From Pseudomonadota bacterium (lineage in GTDB: Bacteria > Myxococcota > Myxococcia > Myxococcales > Anaeromyxobacteraceae): a DNA stretch of 41,274 nt. Made by a program: the position numbers and the translations under genes. The stretch covers positions 1 through 41,274 of the forward strand of contig JAEYOU010000117.1 of NCBI GenBank assembly GCA_023411405.1, in the 5' to 3' direction. The notes under the pieces were generated by a model. The model did not search any database and had not been told where the DNA came from. It worked only from the letters and a program-made list of their open reading frames with translations. This document shows, one piece after another, positions 20,855 through 29,739 of the stretch (positions are counted from its first letter, which is position 1; the number at the start of each line of letters is the position of its first letter).

Positions 20855-22072
20855 TCACACGTGCGTCATCGCGGTCACTGGGGACAACCGGGCCGCCTTG
20901 ACCGCGGGATACAGCGAGGCGAACACGCAGACGAGCCACATCGCGCCGATGGCGAGCGCGACGCTCGACGCGACGACCTCGCCGCGCAGCAGCGCGTCGA
21001 ACGCGATGCCGCCGAAGCTGAAGGACGCGTCACCGAAGACGCTCAGGTCGAGCCCATGCACCTGGGTGTACCAGGCGACGCTCACGCCGAGCGCCCCCCC
21101 GACGACGGTGGCCACGAGCCCGAGCAGGAAGGCCTCGGCCGCGATGTCCCCGACGATCCGCCAGGCCGTGGCCCCCAGCGCCTTCATGGTGCCGAACTCC
21201 CGCACGCGGTCGTGCGTGGCCATGAGCATCGTGTTCAGGACGCCCAGGCAGGCCGCCGCGAAGAAGATGAACATGAAGACGAGCGACAGCGCCTCGAAGA
21301 CCTGCACGAGGTTGAAGACGACCGGGAGGAGCTCTCCCCAGGTCTTGAGCTCGAGCCCAGGCGGCAGCGGCCCGAGCGCGGCGCCCAGCGCGGCCGCGGG
21401 GCGATCGCCGAGGCTGAACGCGAGCTCGTGGACCCGTCCCCCCGACACGAAGAGCGCCTCGAAGTCGGCCCGGTGGATCAGCACCGCCCCGCGATCGACC
21501 TCCTCGCTCACGGTCTTCAGGATCCCCGCGACGCGGAAGACCTCCGTGCCGAGTGAGCCGTCCGCCGCCTGCACCACGGCGACGAGCTCGCCACCCACGT
21601 CCAGGTCGAGGCTCCGCGCCAGCTTGCGGCCGATCACGACCTCTCGCGCCGGCGCGTCTCCCAGGAAACGACCCGCCATCACCTCTCCGGGCAGGGCGAA
21701 CGCCGCGCGCTCCGCCCGCGGCTCCACGCCCCAGAGGCTCGCGCCCGCCGACTTCGTCCCCGCCGCGATGAGCCCGTCCCCGTAAGCGCGCGCCACGGCC
21801 TGGATGCCCTGCGCGGACGCGGCCTCGACGATGCGCTCGGGAGAGGGGATCGCGTCGTGGAACCTGTGGGAGCGGAGATAGCCCACCGCGTGGAGCTGGG
21901 CGTCTCCCACGACCAGCCGCGTGGCGTTGTGGACGAGCAGGCGCTGGAACCCGCCGATCAGCCCGAGCGCGACGATCAGGACGGCGGTGTTCAGCCCCAC
22001 CGCGACGATCGTGATCGCGCTCCTTCGCCGGTTCCGAAGGAGGTTGCGCCAGGCGAGCCGGAAGTCGGACAC
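20855..22072 (-). CDS. Second ABC transporter permease, FtsX/LolC-E type (alternative GTG start at 22081)
   Basis: LAWRNLLRNRRRS, MATHDRVREFGTMKALG, SLYPAVKAARLSPV. Confidence 0.9.
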   Translation of the reverse strand: MSDFRLAWRNLLRNRRRSAITIVAVGLNTAVLIVALGLIGGFQRLLVHNATRLVVGDAQLHAVGYLRSHRFHDAIPSPERIVEAASAQGIQAVARAYGDGLIAAGTKSAGASLWGVEPRAERAAFALPGEVMAGRFLGDAPAREVVIGRKLARSLDLDVGGELVAVVQAADGSLGTEVFRVAGILKTVSEEVDRGAVLIHRADFEALFVSGGRVHELAFSLGDRPAAALGAALGPLPPGLELKTWGELLPVVFNLVQVFEALSLVFMFIFFAAACLGVLNTMLMATHDRVREFGTMKALGATAWRIVGDIAAEAFLLGLVATVVGGALGVSVAWYTQVHGLDLSVFGDASFSFGGIAFDALLRGEVVASSVALAIGAMWLVCVFASLYPAVKAARLSPVTAMTHV

Positions 22073-22077
22073 GGCCT

Positions 22078-22854
22078 TCACCGCTCCAGGTTCCGAAGCG
22101 AGAAGAAGTCGTCCGAGAGCGGGATGTCGAAGCGCAGGTCGTCCTGCCGAAGCTCGGTGAGTTCGTTGGGCTTGTCCGTCACGGTGACCCTCATGACGAG
22201 CGGCACGGTGCGCTGTCCGACCCGCTTCGGCTCCTCGAAGACCATCGTGCGCGCGAGCTTCATGTCCTCGCCGAAGAAGAGCTGCCGGAGCGCCAGGCAG
22301 CTCTCTGCGTCGACCTCGACCGCCACCTTCCCCCAGACGATGGCCGCGTCCGGCTTGGGGATGCAGGTCACCTCGACGATGTTCCGGCCGTCCCGCGCGC
22401 CAGTGAAGGTCTTCTCGAACGTGTAGTCCTCGCTCATCCGGCTCTCCTTCACGAGGTCGTCGTTCGTGACGTGGCTCCCCATCCACGAGCTCGTCATCAT
22501 CGAGGCCGGGACCTTGATGGTCCGCCTGACCTTCGGCAGGTAGTTCCAGACGTTCTTCTCGACCATCAGCGTCGCCGTGCCGTGCTCCTTCGCCGGCGCA
22601 ACGATTCGCACCAGCGATCGCCGGACTCCCTTGCTCCAGGCCTCGAGCTTGAGAGTCCGCGTCCAGTGAGCCGTGACCACCTTCATCGTCGCGGTCCGGT
22701 GAGAAGACGTGCCTCGGTACATGTCGTCCACGCGATCGAGGATCTCCTTCGCGTCGAGCTGTGAGCACGACTGCGCCGCAGCCACACGCGGCGCCCCGCC
22801 GAGCGAGACGAGCAGCGGCACCACGATCGCCGAGCGAGAGCAGCGGAATGCCAT
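22078..22854 (-). CDS. Outer-membrane lipoprotein-sorting (LolA-like) periplasmic protein
   Basis: Signal peptide; motifs PAKEHGTATL, WNYLPKVRRT, SWMGSHVTNDDL, DDFFSLRNL typical of the LolA-like family. Confidence 0.85.
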   Translation of the reverse strand: MAFRCSRSAIVVPLLVSLGGAPRVAAAQSCSQLDAKEILDRVDDMYRGTSSHRTATMKVVTAHWTRTLKLEAWSKGVRRSLVRIVAPAKEHGTATLMVEKNVWNYLPKVRRTIKVPASMMTSSWMGSHVTNDDLVKESRMSEDYTFEKTFTGARDGRNIVEVTCIPKPDAAIVWGKVAVEVDAESCLALRQLFFGEDMKLARTMVFEEPKRVGQRTVPLVMRVTVTDKPNELTELRQDDLRFDIPLSDDFFSLRNLER

Positions 22855-22918
22855 GCGTCCTTCCCCTTCTTCGCTCGTCCGCGTACGTCGACGGTCGCTC
22901 CGGGGAGCGCACGAAGAA

Positions 22919-22930
22919 TGATCTAGATCA
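22919..22930. promoter_or_regulatory. Perfect palindrome TGATCTAGATCA, CRP/FNR-family-like operator
   Basis: ATGAT-CTAG-ATCAG vs FNR consensus TTGAT-N4-ATCAA; lies in the divergent intergenic region. Confidence 0.5.
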
Positions 22931-23171
22931 GTATTTCGCTTCAGGAGCAGGCCTTCCCGCCCGGTGAACCCAGTCGTCGTGGCGCCAGAGCCTGCCTTCA
23001 GCTCGAGTCGCGGGGCACGCTATCAGCACTCGGTTCCCCACGCAGCCTAGGACCGCCGGTGTACCCACCATGGGTGCAACCTTGGATGGATGACAGTCTC
23101 CCCATTCGTGTGGTTCCTAATCGTCATACTCTGGGTTGCTGCTACTGACGGTCCGTTGCGGAGGCCATGAG

Positions 23172-23939
23172 GTGACCACAAGCCGCGAGCGAGCGGGGCT
23201 TCTCTGCCTTCCGTACGCGGGTGGGTCCGCGAGGATCTACCGCAGGTGGAGCGAGGAGCTCGGTCCCTCGATCGAGGTCGTTCCGCTTGAACCCGCGGGG
23301 CGCGGTACGCGCTTCGGGGAGCCCTTCCCCACCTCCATCGCCGCGGCGGTGCACGACCTCCAGAGGCGCGCCGCGCCGGCGATCCGCGGCAAGTACGCGC
23401 TCTTTGGCCACAGCATGGGCGCGCTCCTTGCCTGGGAGCTGGCGCGTGCGCTCGTCTCCGCCTCGCTCCCGCCTCCGGAGCAGCTCTTCCTCTCGGGCAA
23501 GCCGCCCCCCCACGTCGTGCCGCGAAGACCTGTCCACGCGCTGCCCGAGGCCGAGTTCTTGCGGAGCGTCGCCGCGATGGGTGGAACGCCGCGCGAGGTG
23601 CTCGAGAACGACGAGCTCATGCAGATCTTCCTGCCCGTCCTCCGCGCGGACTACCGGATGACGGAGACGTACGCTCCGCGGTCCGAGGTCGACCCACTGG
23701 ACTGCGGCATCACCTTCTTCTTCGCCACCGCCGACCCAACGCTCTCGCGCGATCAGGTGGAGGGCTGGCGGCGCTATACGCGGGGGGAGTTCCGGATCCT
23801 CGACCACGAGGGCGGGCACTTCTTCCTGCTCGAGAAGGGACGGGAGCTCGCCAGGGAGATGCGGCACGTCCTCGGTCGACCGGAGAGCACCCGCCCGGCG
23901 CCCATGTTCGTGGAGGCGGGTGACCGCGTCGAGGTCTGA
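23172..23939 (+). CDS. Type II (editing) thioesterase
   Basis: CLPYAGGSA, GHSMG, LPVLRADY, GGHFF; GTG start preceded by GGAGG. Confidence 0.92.
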   Translation: MTTSRERAGLLCLPYAGGSARIYRRWSEELGPSIEVVPLEPAGRGTRFGEPFPTSIAAAVHDLQRRAAPAIRGKYALFGHSMGALLAWELARALVSASLPPPEQLFLSGKPPPHVVPRRPVHALPEAEFLRSVAAMGGTPREVLENDELMQIFLPVLRADYRMTETYAPRSEVDPLDCGITFFFATADPTLSRDQVEGWRRYTRGEFRILDHEGGHFFLLEKGRELAREMRHVLGRPESTRPAPMFVEAGDRVEV

Positions 23940-24007
23940 CTGCGCCAAGAGCAAGCACGCGGCGCCGCGAGCTGCCCGAGCGGCGCGGCGCACGGGAGAG
24001 GTGTGTC

Positions 24008-25339
24008 ATGAGCGGCGAAGCCTCCGTGACGAGGAAGGTACCCAGGGTCGCGGCACGAGCACACGGGACCACGGAGCCTCGCCGGCCGGCGTGGGGCCGC
24101 TTCGACGGAAGCCTCCTCGACGCCTGGCAAGCGCGCGCGGCCGTCCTCGAGGCGGAGGTGCCATCCCCGCACGACCCGGAGTCGCGCGCCTATCTGGAGG
24201 CGATGGCCGCGTCCGACTTCTCCCCGTTCTTTCGGCGCCTCGAGTCCGCTGCGGCCGAGACCGCCGTCATGGACGGCTACCGGGTCGTCATGCTCGGCGC
24301 CAACAACTACCTGGGCCTCACGACGGACCCGCGCGTCACGCGGGCGAGCATCGCTGCAATCGAGCGGTACGGCACGGGCTGCACCGGCTCGCGGTTCATG
24401 AACGGCACGTTGCCGCTGCACCTCGAGCTCGAGAGCCGGATGGCCCGCTTCCTGCGCAAGGAGGCGGCGCTCGTGTTCAGCGCCGGGTTCCTCGCCAACA
24501 TCGGTGTCCTCTCCGTCGTGGCGGGCCGGCACGCTTACCTGTTCTCGGATCGTGCCAACCACGCCAGCATCTGCGACGGCATCTCGGCTTCGAGGGCCGA
24601 GCCCATGCGGTTCGAGCACAACGACCCGGACTCGCTGGCGGAGAAGCTCCGCCGCGCCCCTGCCGCCGCGGTGAAGTGGGTCGTCGTCGAGGGCGTCCAC
24701 AGCATGTTCGGCGACGTGTGCCCTCTGCGTGAGATCATCGCGGTCGCCAGGGCCCACGGAGCGCGGATCATCCTCGACGACGCCCACGGGGTCGGCGTGT
24801 TGGGGGACGCCGGGCGGGGGACGGCGAACCACCTCCAGGTCGAGGACGAGGTGGATCTGATCGTCGGCACGTTCAGCAAGTCCTTCGCCTCCTACGGCGG
24901 TTTCGTCGCGGGCGATCGAGGCACCATCGAGCAGCTGCGCTACGGGACCCGTTCCTTCATCTTCACCGCAGGGCCACCGCCGGCGACGGTCGCGACGGTG
25001 CTCGCTGCGCTCGACGTGCTCGAGCAAGATCCTGCGATCGTGAGCCGGCTGCGGCAGAACACGCTCGAGCTCGCCGGCCGCCTGCGCGCGGCAGGGCTCG
25101 TGGATCGGGATCCGCCCGCCGCGATCATTCCGCTCGTGATCGGGTCCAACGACCGCACGTGGAAGGCATGGAGGCTGCTCTACGAGGGCGGTGTCTACAC
25201 CAACGCGGCCTTCCCCCCTGGGGTTCCGGCGGGCCAGGCGCTCCTTCGCCTCTCGCTGATGGCGACCCTGCGTCCGGAGTCGATCGAGTACGCCGCAAAC
25301 GCCATCACCTCGGCGTTCCGCGTGCTGAGGCTGACGTGA
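24008..25339 (+). CDS. spt: PLP-dependent alpha-oxoamine synthase, serine palmitoyltransferase-like
   Basis: NNYLGL, GTGCTGSRFMNGT (Spt-type), NHASI, DDAHG, GTFSKSF (PLP Lys); adjacent to bCerS-like and CerR-like genes. Confidence 0.8.
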   Translation: MSGEASVTRKVPRVAARAHGTTEPRRPAWGRFDGSLLDAWQARAAVLEAEVPSPHDPESRAYLEAMAASDFSPFFRRLESAAAETAVMDGYRVVMLGANNYLGLTTDPRVTRASIAAIERYGTGCTGSRFMNGTLPLHLELESRMARFLRKEAALVFSAGFLANIGVLSVVAGRHAYLFSDRANHASICDGISASRAEPMRFEHNDPDSLAEKLRRAPAAAVKWVVVEGVHSMFGDVCPLREIIAVARAHGARIILDDAHGVGVLGDAGRGTANHLQVEDEVDLIVGTFSKSFASYGGFVAGDRGTIEQLRYGTRSFIFTAGPPPATVATVLAALDVLEQDPAIVSRLRQNTLELAGRLRAAGLVDRDPPAAIIPLVIGSNDRTWKAWRLLYEGGVYTNAAFPPGVPAGQALLRLSLMATLRPESIEYAANAITSAFRVLRLT

Positions 25340-26499
25340 CCTCGGCCTTCGCGCGGAACGCGCCGATCGTCGGGGGCGGCCCTCTCGAGGTGACACCTGT
25401 CGGCGGGGCCGAAGACCTTCGAGAGTTCGTGGAGCTGCCGGAGCGGCTTTACCAGGGAGTTCGTCACTGGGTGCCGCCGCTCCGCTCCGAGGAGCGGCGC
25501 TTCCTCTCGGAGAGGAACCCCTACGTCGCCGCAAACCCGGTGCGCCTGTTCCTGGCGCGTGAGCGTGGCGTGCCGGTGGGCCGCGTCGCCGCGACCGTGT
25601 GCAGCGCGCACAACGCGTACCACCACGAGCGAACGGGGTTCTTCGGCTTCTTCGAGTGCGATGGACGGGCGGTCACGGCACGCGCGCTGCTAGGCGCCGC
25701 CGCCCAGTACGTCCGCGACCACGGCATGCGGACCCTCCGCGGGCCGTTCAATTTCACGACCAACCACACGTGCGGCGTGCTCGTCGAAGGATTCGAAGGC
25801 CCCCCGATCATCGAGATGCCCTATCACCCGCCACACTACGGCGCGCTCCTCGAGGACGCTGGGCTCCGCAAGGCGAAGGACCTGTTCGCGCTCTGGCACG
25901 ACATCGAACAGGGGAAGCCACAGCGACAAGCGCTCGCGGGGCTCGCGCGCGCCGCGCCCGCCGCGTACGCCGTGCGGGAGCTGCGGCGCTCGGGGCGAGG
26001 CTTCGCGGAGGACATGGACCGCTTCTACGACCTCTATCATCAGGCCTGGCGGGGAAACTGGGGCTTCGTCCCGGTCCCACGCGACGAGTTCGTCTACATC
26101 GGGAGGCGGATGCAGTCTCTCTTGAGGCCCGGGCTCTGCCACGTGGTCACGGTCCGGGGGGAGACGGCCGGGATGGTGATCAACCTCCCCGACTACAGCC
26201 CGGTGCTGTCCGCGCTCCGGGGCCGAGTGACGCCCGGGGGCGCCTTGCGGGCCTGGTGGGCGAGCCGTCGCGTCGACGCGAGCCGCTGCATCCTCGTCGG
26301 CGTGTACGATCGGTTCCGGGGAACGCCGGCCACCACCCTGCTCGTGCACCACCTGCTCGAGGGAGCGGCGCGAGCGGGGTACCGAGGCGTCGAGACCTCG
26401 TGGGTGCTGGAGGACAACGCCGCATGCCTTCGAGGCTTCGGGAAGCACGGGTTCGTGCCGTACCGGCGCTACCGGATCTACGAGCAGCCGGTGGCCTGA
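25336..26499 (+). CDS. GNAT-fold N-acyltransferase, bacterial ceramide synthase (bCerS/YghO)-like (387 aa)
   Basis: GTGA overlap with spt; motifs WVPPL, GRVAA, GFFGFFE, LRGPFN, MPYHPPHY, WRGNWGFVP, SWVLEDN, YRIY. Confidence 0.78.
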   Translation: MTSAFARNAPIVGGGPLEVTPVGGAEDLREFVELPERLYQGVRHWVPPLRSEERRFLSERNPYVAANPVRLFLARERGVPVGRVAATVCSAHNAYHHERTGFFGFFECDGRAVTARALLGAAAQYVRDHGMRTLRGPFNFTTNHTCGVLVEGFEGPPIIEMPYHPPHYGALLEDAGLRKAKDLFALWHDIEQGKPQRQALAGLARAAPAAYAVRELRRSGRGFAEDMDRFYDLYHQAWRGNWGFVPVPRDEFVYIGRRMQSLLRPGLCHVVTVRGETAGMVINLPDYSPVLSALRGRVTPGGALRAWWASRRVDASRCILVGVYDRFRGTPATTLLVHHLLEGAARAGYRGVETSWVLEDNAACLRGFGKHGFVPYRRYRIYEQPVA

Positions 26500-26510
26500 A
26501 GGGGGGCGCC

Positions 26511-27512
26511 ATGTCCGTGCCACGTACAGGCGACGACTCCGTGCTGGTCACCGGCGCCAGCGGCTTCATCGGCCGGGCACTCGTCTCGGAGCTGATGCTC
26601 CAGGGGCGGAACGTCAGCGCACTGGTCCGGCGGCGCGAGCAGGCGATCGCGCTCGGTGCCCGGCCGGTGGTCGGCGATGTCACCGACCCCGACTCGCTCG
26701 TCGGGTTCGGCGCGTTCTCGGAGGTGTACCACCTGGCCGGCACGATCGCGGCGCGGAGCGCCGCCGAGTTCCAGCGCATCAACGCGGACGGGTGCTGCCA
26801 CCTCTACCGCGCGCTGCGGCGCGCCCTCCGCCCTCCCCGGCGCATCGTCCACGTGAGCAGCATCGCGGCTGGTGGGCCGGCCGCAGACGCGACGCCTCGA
26901 CGCGAGGACGATCCGGACGTACCCGTGTCGATTTACGGCCGCACCAAGCACGCCGGCGAGGAGGTCGCGCGCGCCTTCATGGGCGACATTCCACTCGTCA
27001 TCCTCCGGCTGCCCGCCGTGTACGGCCCCGGGGACCGAAACCTGCTCCCCATCTTTCGCATGGCACGGCGCGGGCTCGTTCTGCGCCCGCCGGCGCAGCC
27101 CAAGCTCTTCAGCCTCGCCCACGTCGGCGACGTCGCGCGCATCCTGATCCGCGCCGCGGCGACGGAGTCGATCGTCGGCGGGCTCTACAACGTCGCCACC
27201 GGCTCGCCCGCGAGCTGGGACGAGCTCGTGGCCGAGATCGGCGCCGCCATGGGCCGCCGCCCGCGCCAGCTCTCGCTGGGCCGGCTGCCGTGGGTGGCGG
27301 CGGCCTACGCCAACGCGGGCCGCTGCTGGCTCGAGCGCGGAGCCCGCGTCGAGCTGCTCATCCCGCAGAAGCTCCCCGAGCTCTTCGAGCGCTACTGGCA
27401 CGTGGATGGCGGGCGCCTGCAGTCGGCGCTGGGCCACGTCACGACGACGCCCCTGGCGCAGGGGCTCGCGCAAACGGCGGAGTGGTATCGCCAGCAGGGT
27501 TGGCTGCGATGA
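26511..27512 (+). CDS. Extended SDR / NAD-dependent epimerase-dehydratase family; candidate ceramide (3-keto) reductase
   Basis: VLVTGASGFIG, HVSS, YGRTK, LRLPAVYGP; role inferred from gene context. Confidence 0.8.
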   Translation: MSVPRTGDDSVLVTGASGFIGRALVSELMLQGRNVSALVRRREQAIALGARPVVGDVTDPDSLVGFGAFSEVYHLAGTIAARSAAEFQRINADGCCHLYRALRRALRPPRRIVHVSSIAAGGPAADATPRREDDPDVPVSIYGRTKHAGEEVARAFMGDIPLVILRLPAVYGPGDRNLLPIFRMARRGLVLRPPAQPKLFSLAHVGDVARILIRAAATESIVGGLYNVATGSPASWDELVAEIGAAMGRRPRQLSLGRLPWVAAAYANAGRCWLERGARVELLIPQKLPELFERYWHVDGGRLQSALGHVTTTPLAQGLAQTAEWYRQQGWLR

Positions 27513-28360
27513 GGGCCCCCGTCGAGCCGTTGCCCGCCCCGGACCGCGAGGACTCCCTGGCCGCGCTTGGACGACTGGTCCCCCGTGCCCTGGGACCACT
27601 CTTCCTGGACAAGGCGGGACAGATCCTCCTCTCGACCGTCGTCCTCATCCTGCTCTGGGGCGCTCACGGACGATGCGAGCTCCTTCGCTTGGCGCTCCCA
27701 GGATGGACCGGCCCGGGAAGCGACCCGCGCGCGCGGTCGCGCTTCATCCCGTGGGTGCCGTGGGATCACGAGCTGATCTCGTTCGCGCTCGGCGCGTTGC
27801 TGCTCGTCGTGGTCCCGATGGCGCTCGTGAAGCTCGTCTTCCGCGAGCCCCTCGCAGCCTACGGCCTCGGGCTTCCGCCCGCTGGACGGCGGTGCGCGGC
27901 GCGATGGGTGTTCGCGCTGCTCCTCGTCCTGTCCCTGCCCGCGTTCTGGGCCTTCGCGCACGACCCCGAGTTCCAGCGGGTGTACCCCTTCTATCGCCGC
28001 TTCGCCGGCTGGGGGGAGTTCGCGGCCTACGAGGTGACGTACATCGCATTCTTCGTCGCGATCGAGTTCATCTTCCGGGGCTATCTCCTGTTCGGGCTGG
28101 CCGGGACTCCGCTCGGCCGCGCAGGATCTCGGTTCGCCGGACAGCGCGACCTTCCCGGCTTCGCGCTGCTCATCCAGATGCTTCCCTACACGGCCTGGCA
28201 CCTCGGGAAGCCCACGGCGGAGCTCTGGGGGACGCTGTTCTGGGGGTTCGCGTCGGGCCTGGGCGCCTGGGCGGCGCGCTCGATCTGGCCCGTGGTCGCG
28301 GCCCACTGGCTGCTGAACGTCTTCATGGACGCCTTGATCTGGAGGGCGAATGGCGGGTGA
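27509..28360 (+). CDS. CPBP (Abi/CAAX) family intramembrane glutamic protease-like protein (283 aa)
   Basis: Multi-TM; IEFIFRG, YTAWHLGKP, AAHWLLN motifs; ATGA overlap with upstream gene. Confidence 0.8.
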   Translation: MRAPVEPLPAPDREDSLAALGRLVPRALGPLFLDKAGQILLSTVVLILLWGAHGRCELLRLALPGWTGPGSDPRARSRFIPWVPWDHELISFALGALLLVVVPMALVKLVFREPLAAYGLGLPPAGRRCAARWVFALLLVLSLPAFWAFAHDPEFQRVYPFYRRFAGWGEFAAYEVTYIAFFVAIEFIFRGYLLFGLAGTPLGRAGSRFAGQRDLPGFALLIQMLPYTAWHLGKPTAELWGTLFWGFASGLGAWAARSIWPVVAAHWLLNVFMDALIWRANGG

Positions 28361-29168
28361 GACGCAGCGTCGGGACGAGTCGAGGGGAGCAGCCCTGGTC
28401 GGAGCCGCGCTTCCCTCCGACCAGCACCCGGAGCCTGCCGTGGCGGGCGCGGCGCTGAAGGCGACCGTCATCGTGGGCGTCACCGCGCTCTGCATCGCCG
28501 CGATGCTCGCACTGGGGATGGGGTTCGGGCGCGAGGTCTGGCTCACGCGCGCGTTCGGCGTGACGCTGTTCGGGAGCGACGTCTACCTGGGGACGTGGTT
28601 CCTGTTCATGTGCATGCCCGTGGTCGGCTTCGGCGTGCCGTGCTTGGTGATCCGGCGCGTGTTTCGCGAGAAGCTCGAGGACTACGGTCTCACGCTCGGC
28701 GACTCCCGCCCAGGCGTGGTCGCGCTGCTCGCCGCAGTCCCCGCCCTGGTCACGCTACCGCTCATCTCGAGCGCCATCGGGACCGAGCACTACTACGACT
28801 ACCTCCTCCTTCCGTCGTTCGTCGTCCCCTGGAAGATCGCCTTCCACCTCACGAGCTACGCGGCGTTCATCTTCGGGTACGAGTTCCTCATCCGCGGGTT
28901 CCTCCTCATCGGCCTCGCCCGCGCCTGGGGTGGGGATCGCAGGGCCCGCCTCGCCGCGCTCGCGGTATCGGCCGTGCTCGCGCCGCTGATCTTCATTGGG
29001 ACGCCCCCGCTCGTGTTCGTGCTCTCGTTCGCGATCTTCGCCTGGATCGGCGGTCCCCTCGCGCTCCGCACGCGCAGCATCATGTACTTCGCGTTCATCG
29101 AGTGGACGCTCGGCATCTGGTCCGACGCGTGGGAGATCATCAAGCTCAACGCGCGGTTCCCTGGCTAG
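28350..29168 (+). CDS. Degenerate CPBP-like membrane protein
   Basis: FREKLEDYGL and YEFLIRG resemble the neighbouring CPBP, but the His motifs are replaced (LIFIGTP; FIEWTLG). Confidence 0.65.
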   Translation: MAGETQRRDESRGAALVGAALPSDQHPEPAVAGAALKATVIVGVTALCIAAMLALGMGFGREVWLTRAFGVTLFGSDVYLGTWFLFMCMPVVGFGVPCLVIRRVFREKLEDYGLTLGDSRPGVVALLAAVPALVTLPLISSAIGTEHYYDYLLLPSFVVPWKIAFHLTSYAAFIFGYEFLIRGFLLIGLARAWGGDRRARLAALAVSAVLAPLIFIGTPPLVFVLSFAIFAWIGGPLALRTRSIMYFAFIEWTLGIWSDAWEIIKLNARFPG

Positions 29169-29283
29169 CGACGAGGCCGGGCGGACTGTCCATGCTCGAC
29201 GTCTCTCCTCCCGAGGCGCGCACGACACGGGCGACCGTCCTGGATGTACCGGCGAACACCCAGCCCTCCCCGAACGTCTCACG

Positions 29284-29685
29284 TCACTTCGACCAGGCGG
29301 CCTCGCGCCGGCGCTCCTCGCAGATGGCGGCGATCCCGTCCTCGATGGTCGCGGCCTCGGCCGTCGAGGCGTCGTAGCGGACGCCGCTCGTGTTCACCCA
29401 GAGACGAACCCGGGCGTCGCTGTGGACCCGGTACGAGTGCCGCGTGAAGTTCTTGTGGACCCGGGCTCGGTACTCCCCCCAGCGCGGCGCGACCGCGGGG
29501 TTGAGCCTGAACCCGGTCAGATCGACCACCAGGTCCATCCGCCGGCCGGGGAAGTTCTTCTCGAAGTAGTCGGCCCATACCTGGTACCACGGCTCCAGGT
29601 CGGCCTCGGTCTCGATGTGCCAGCGGGACGTGGCGATGACCACGTCGTTCTCGGCGTCGTACTGGAAGTCGATGGTTCCGCTCAT
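29284..29685 (-). CDS. Small hypothetical protein, possibly STAS/SEC14-like fold (133 aa)
   Basis: GC-biased codons; alpha/beta pattern (DLVVDLTGFRL ... ATIEDGIAAI). Confidence 0.6.
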   Translation of the reverse strand: MSGTIDFQYDAENDVVIATSRWHIETEADLEPWYQVWADYFEKNFPGRRMDLVVDLTGFRLNPAVAPRWGEYRARVHKNFTRHSYRVHSDARVRLWVNTSGVRYDASTAEAATIEDGIAAICEERRREAAWSK

Positions 29686-29739
29686 TGCGCGCTCTTTCTG
29701 TCGCTCGGCGACTCCCTCGTGCACGGGCTCCGTCCACCG

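Noticed and set aside
23172..23939. Thioesterase as the dedicated product-release enzyme
   Set aside because: Sequence is a standard discrete type II editing TE; release by it is not excluded but is not indicated
24008..25339. Annotation as bioF or kbl
   Set aside because: No biotin or threonine-dehydrogenase genes nearby; GSRFMNGT and GTFSKS motifs plus the bCerS-like neighbour favour Spt
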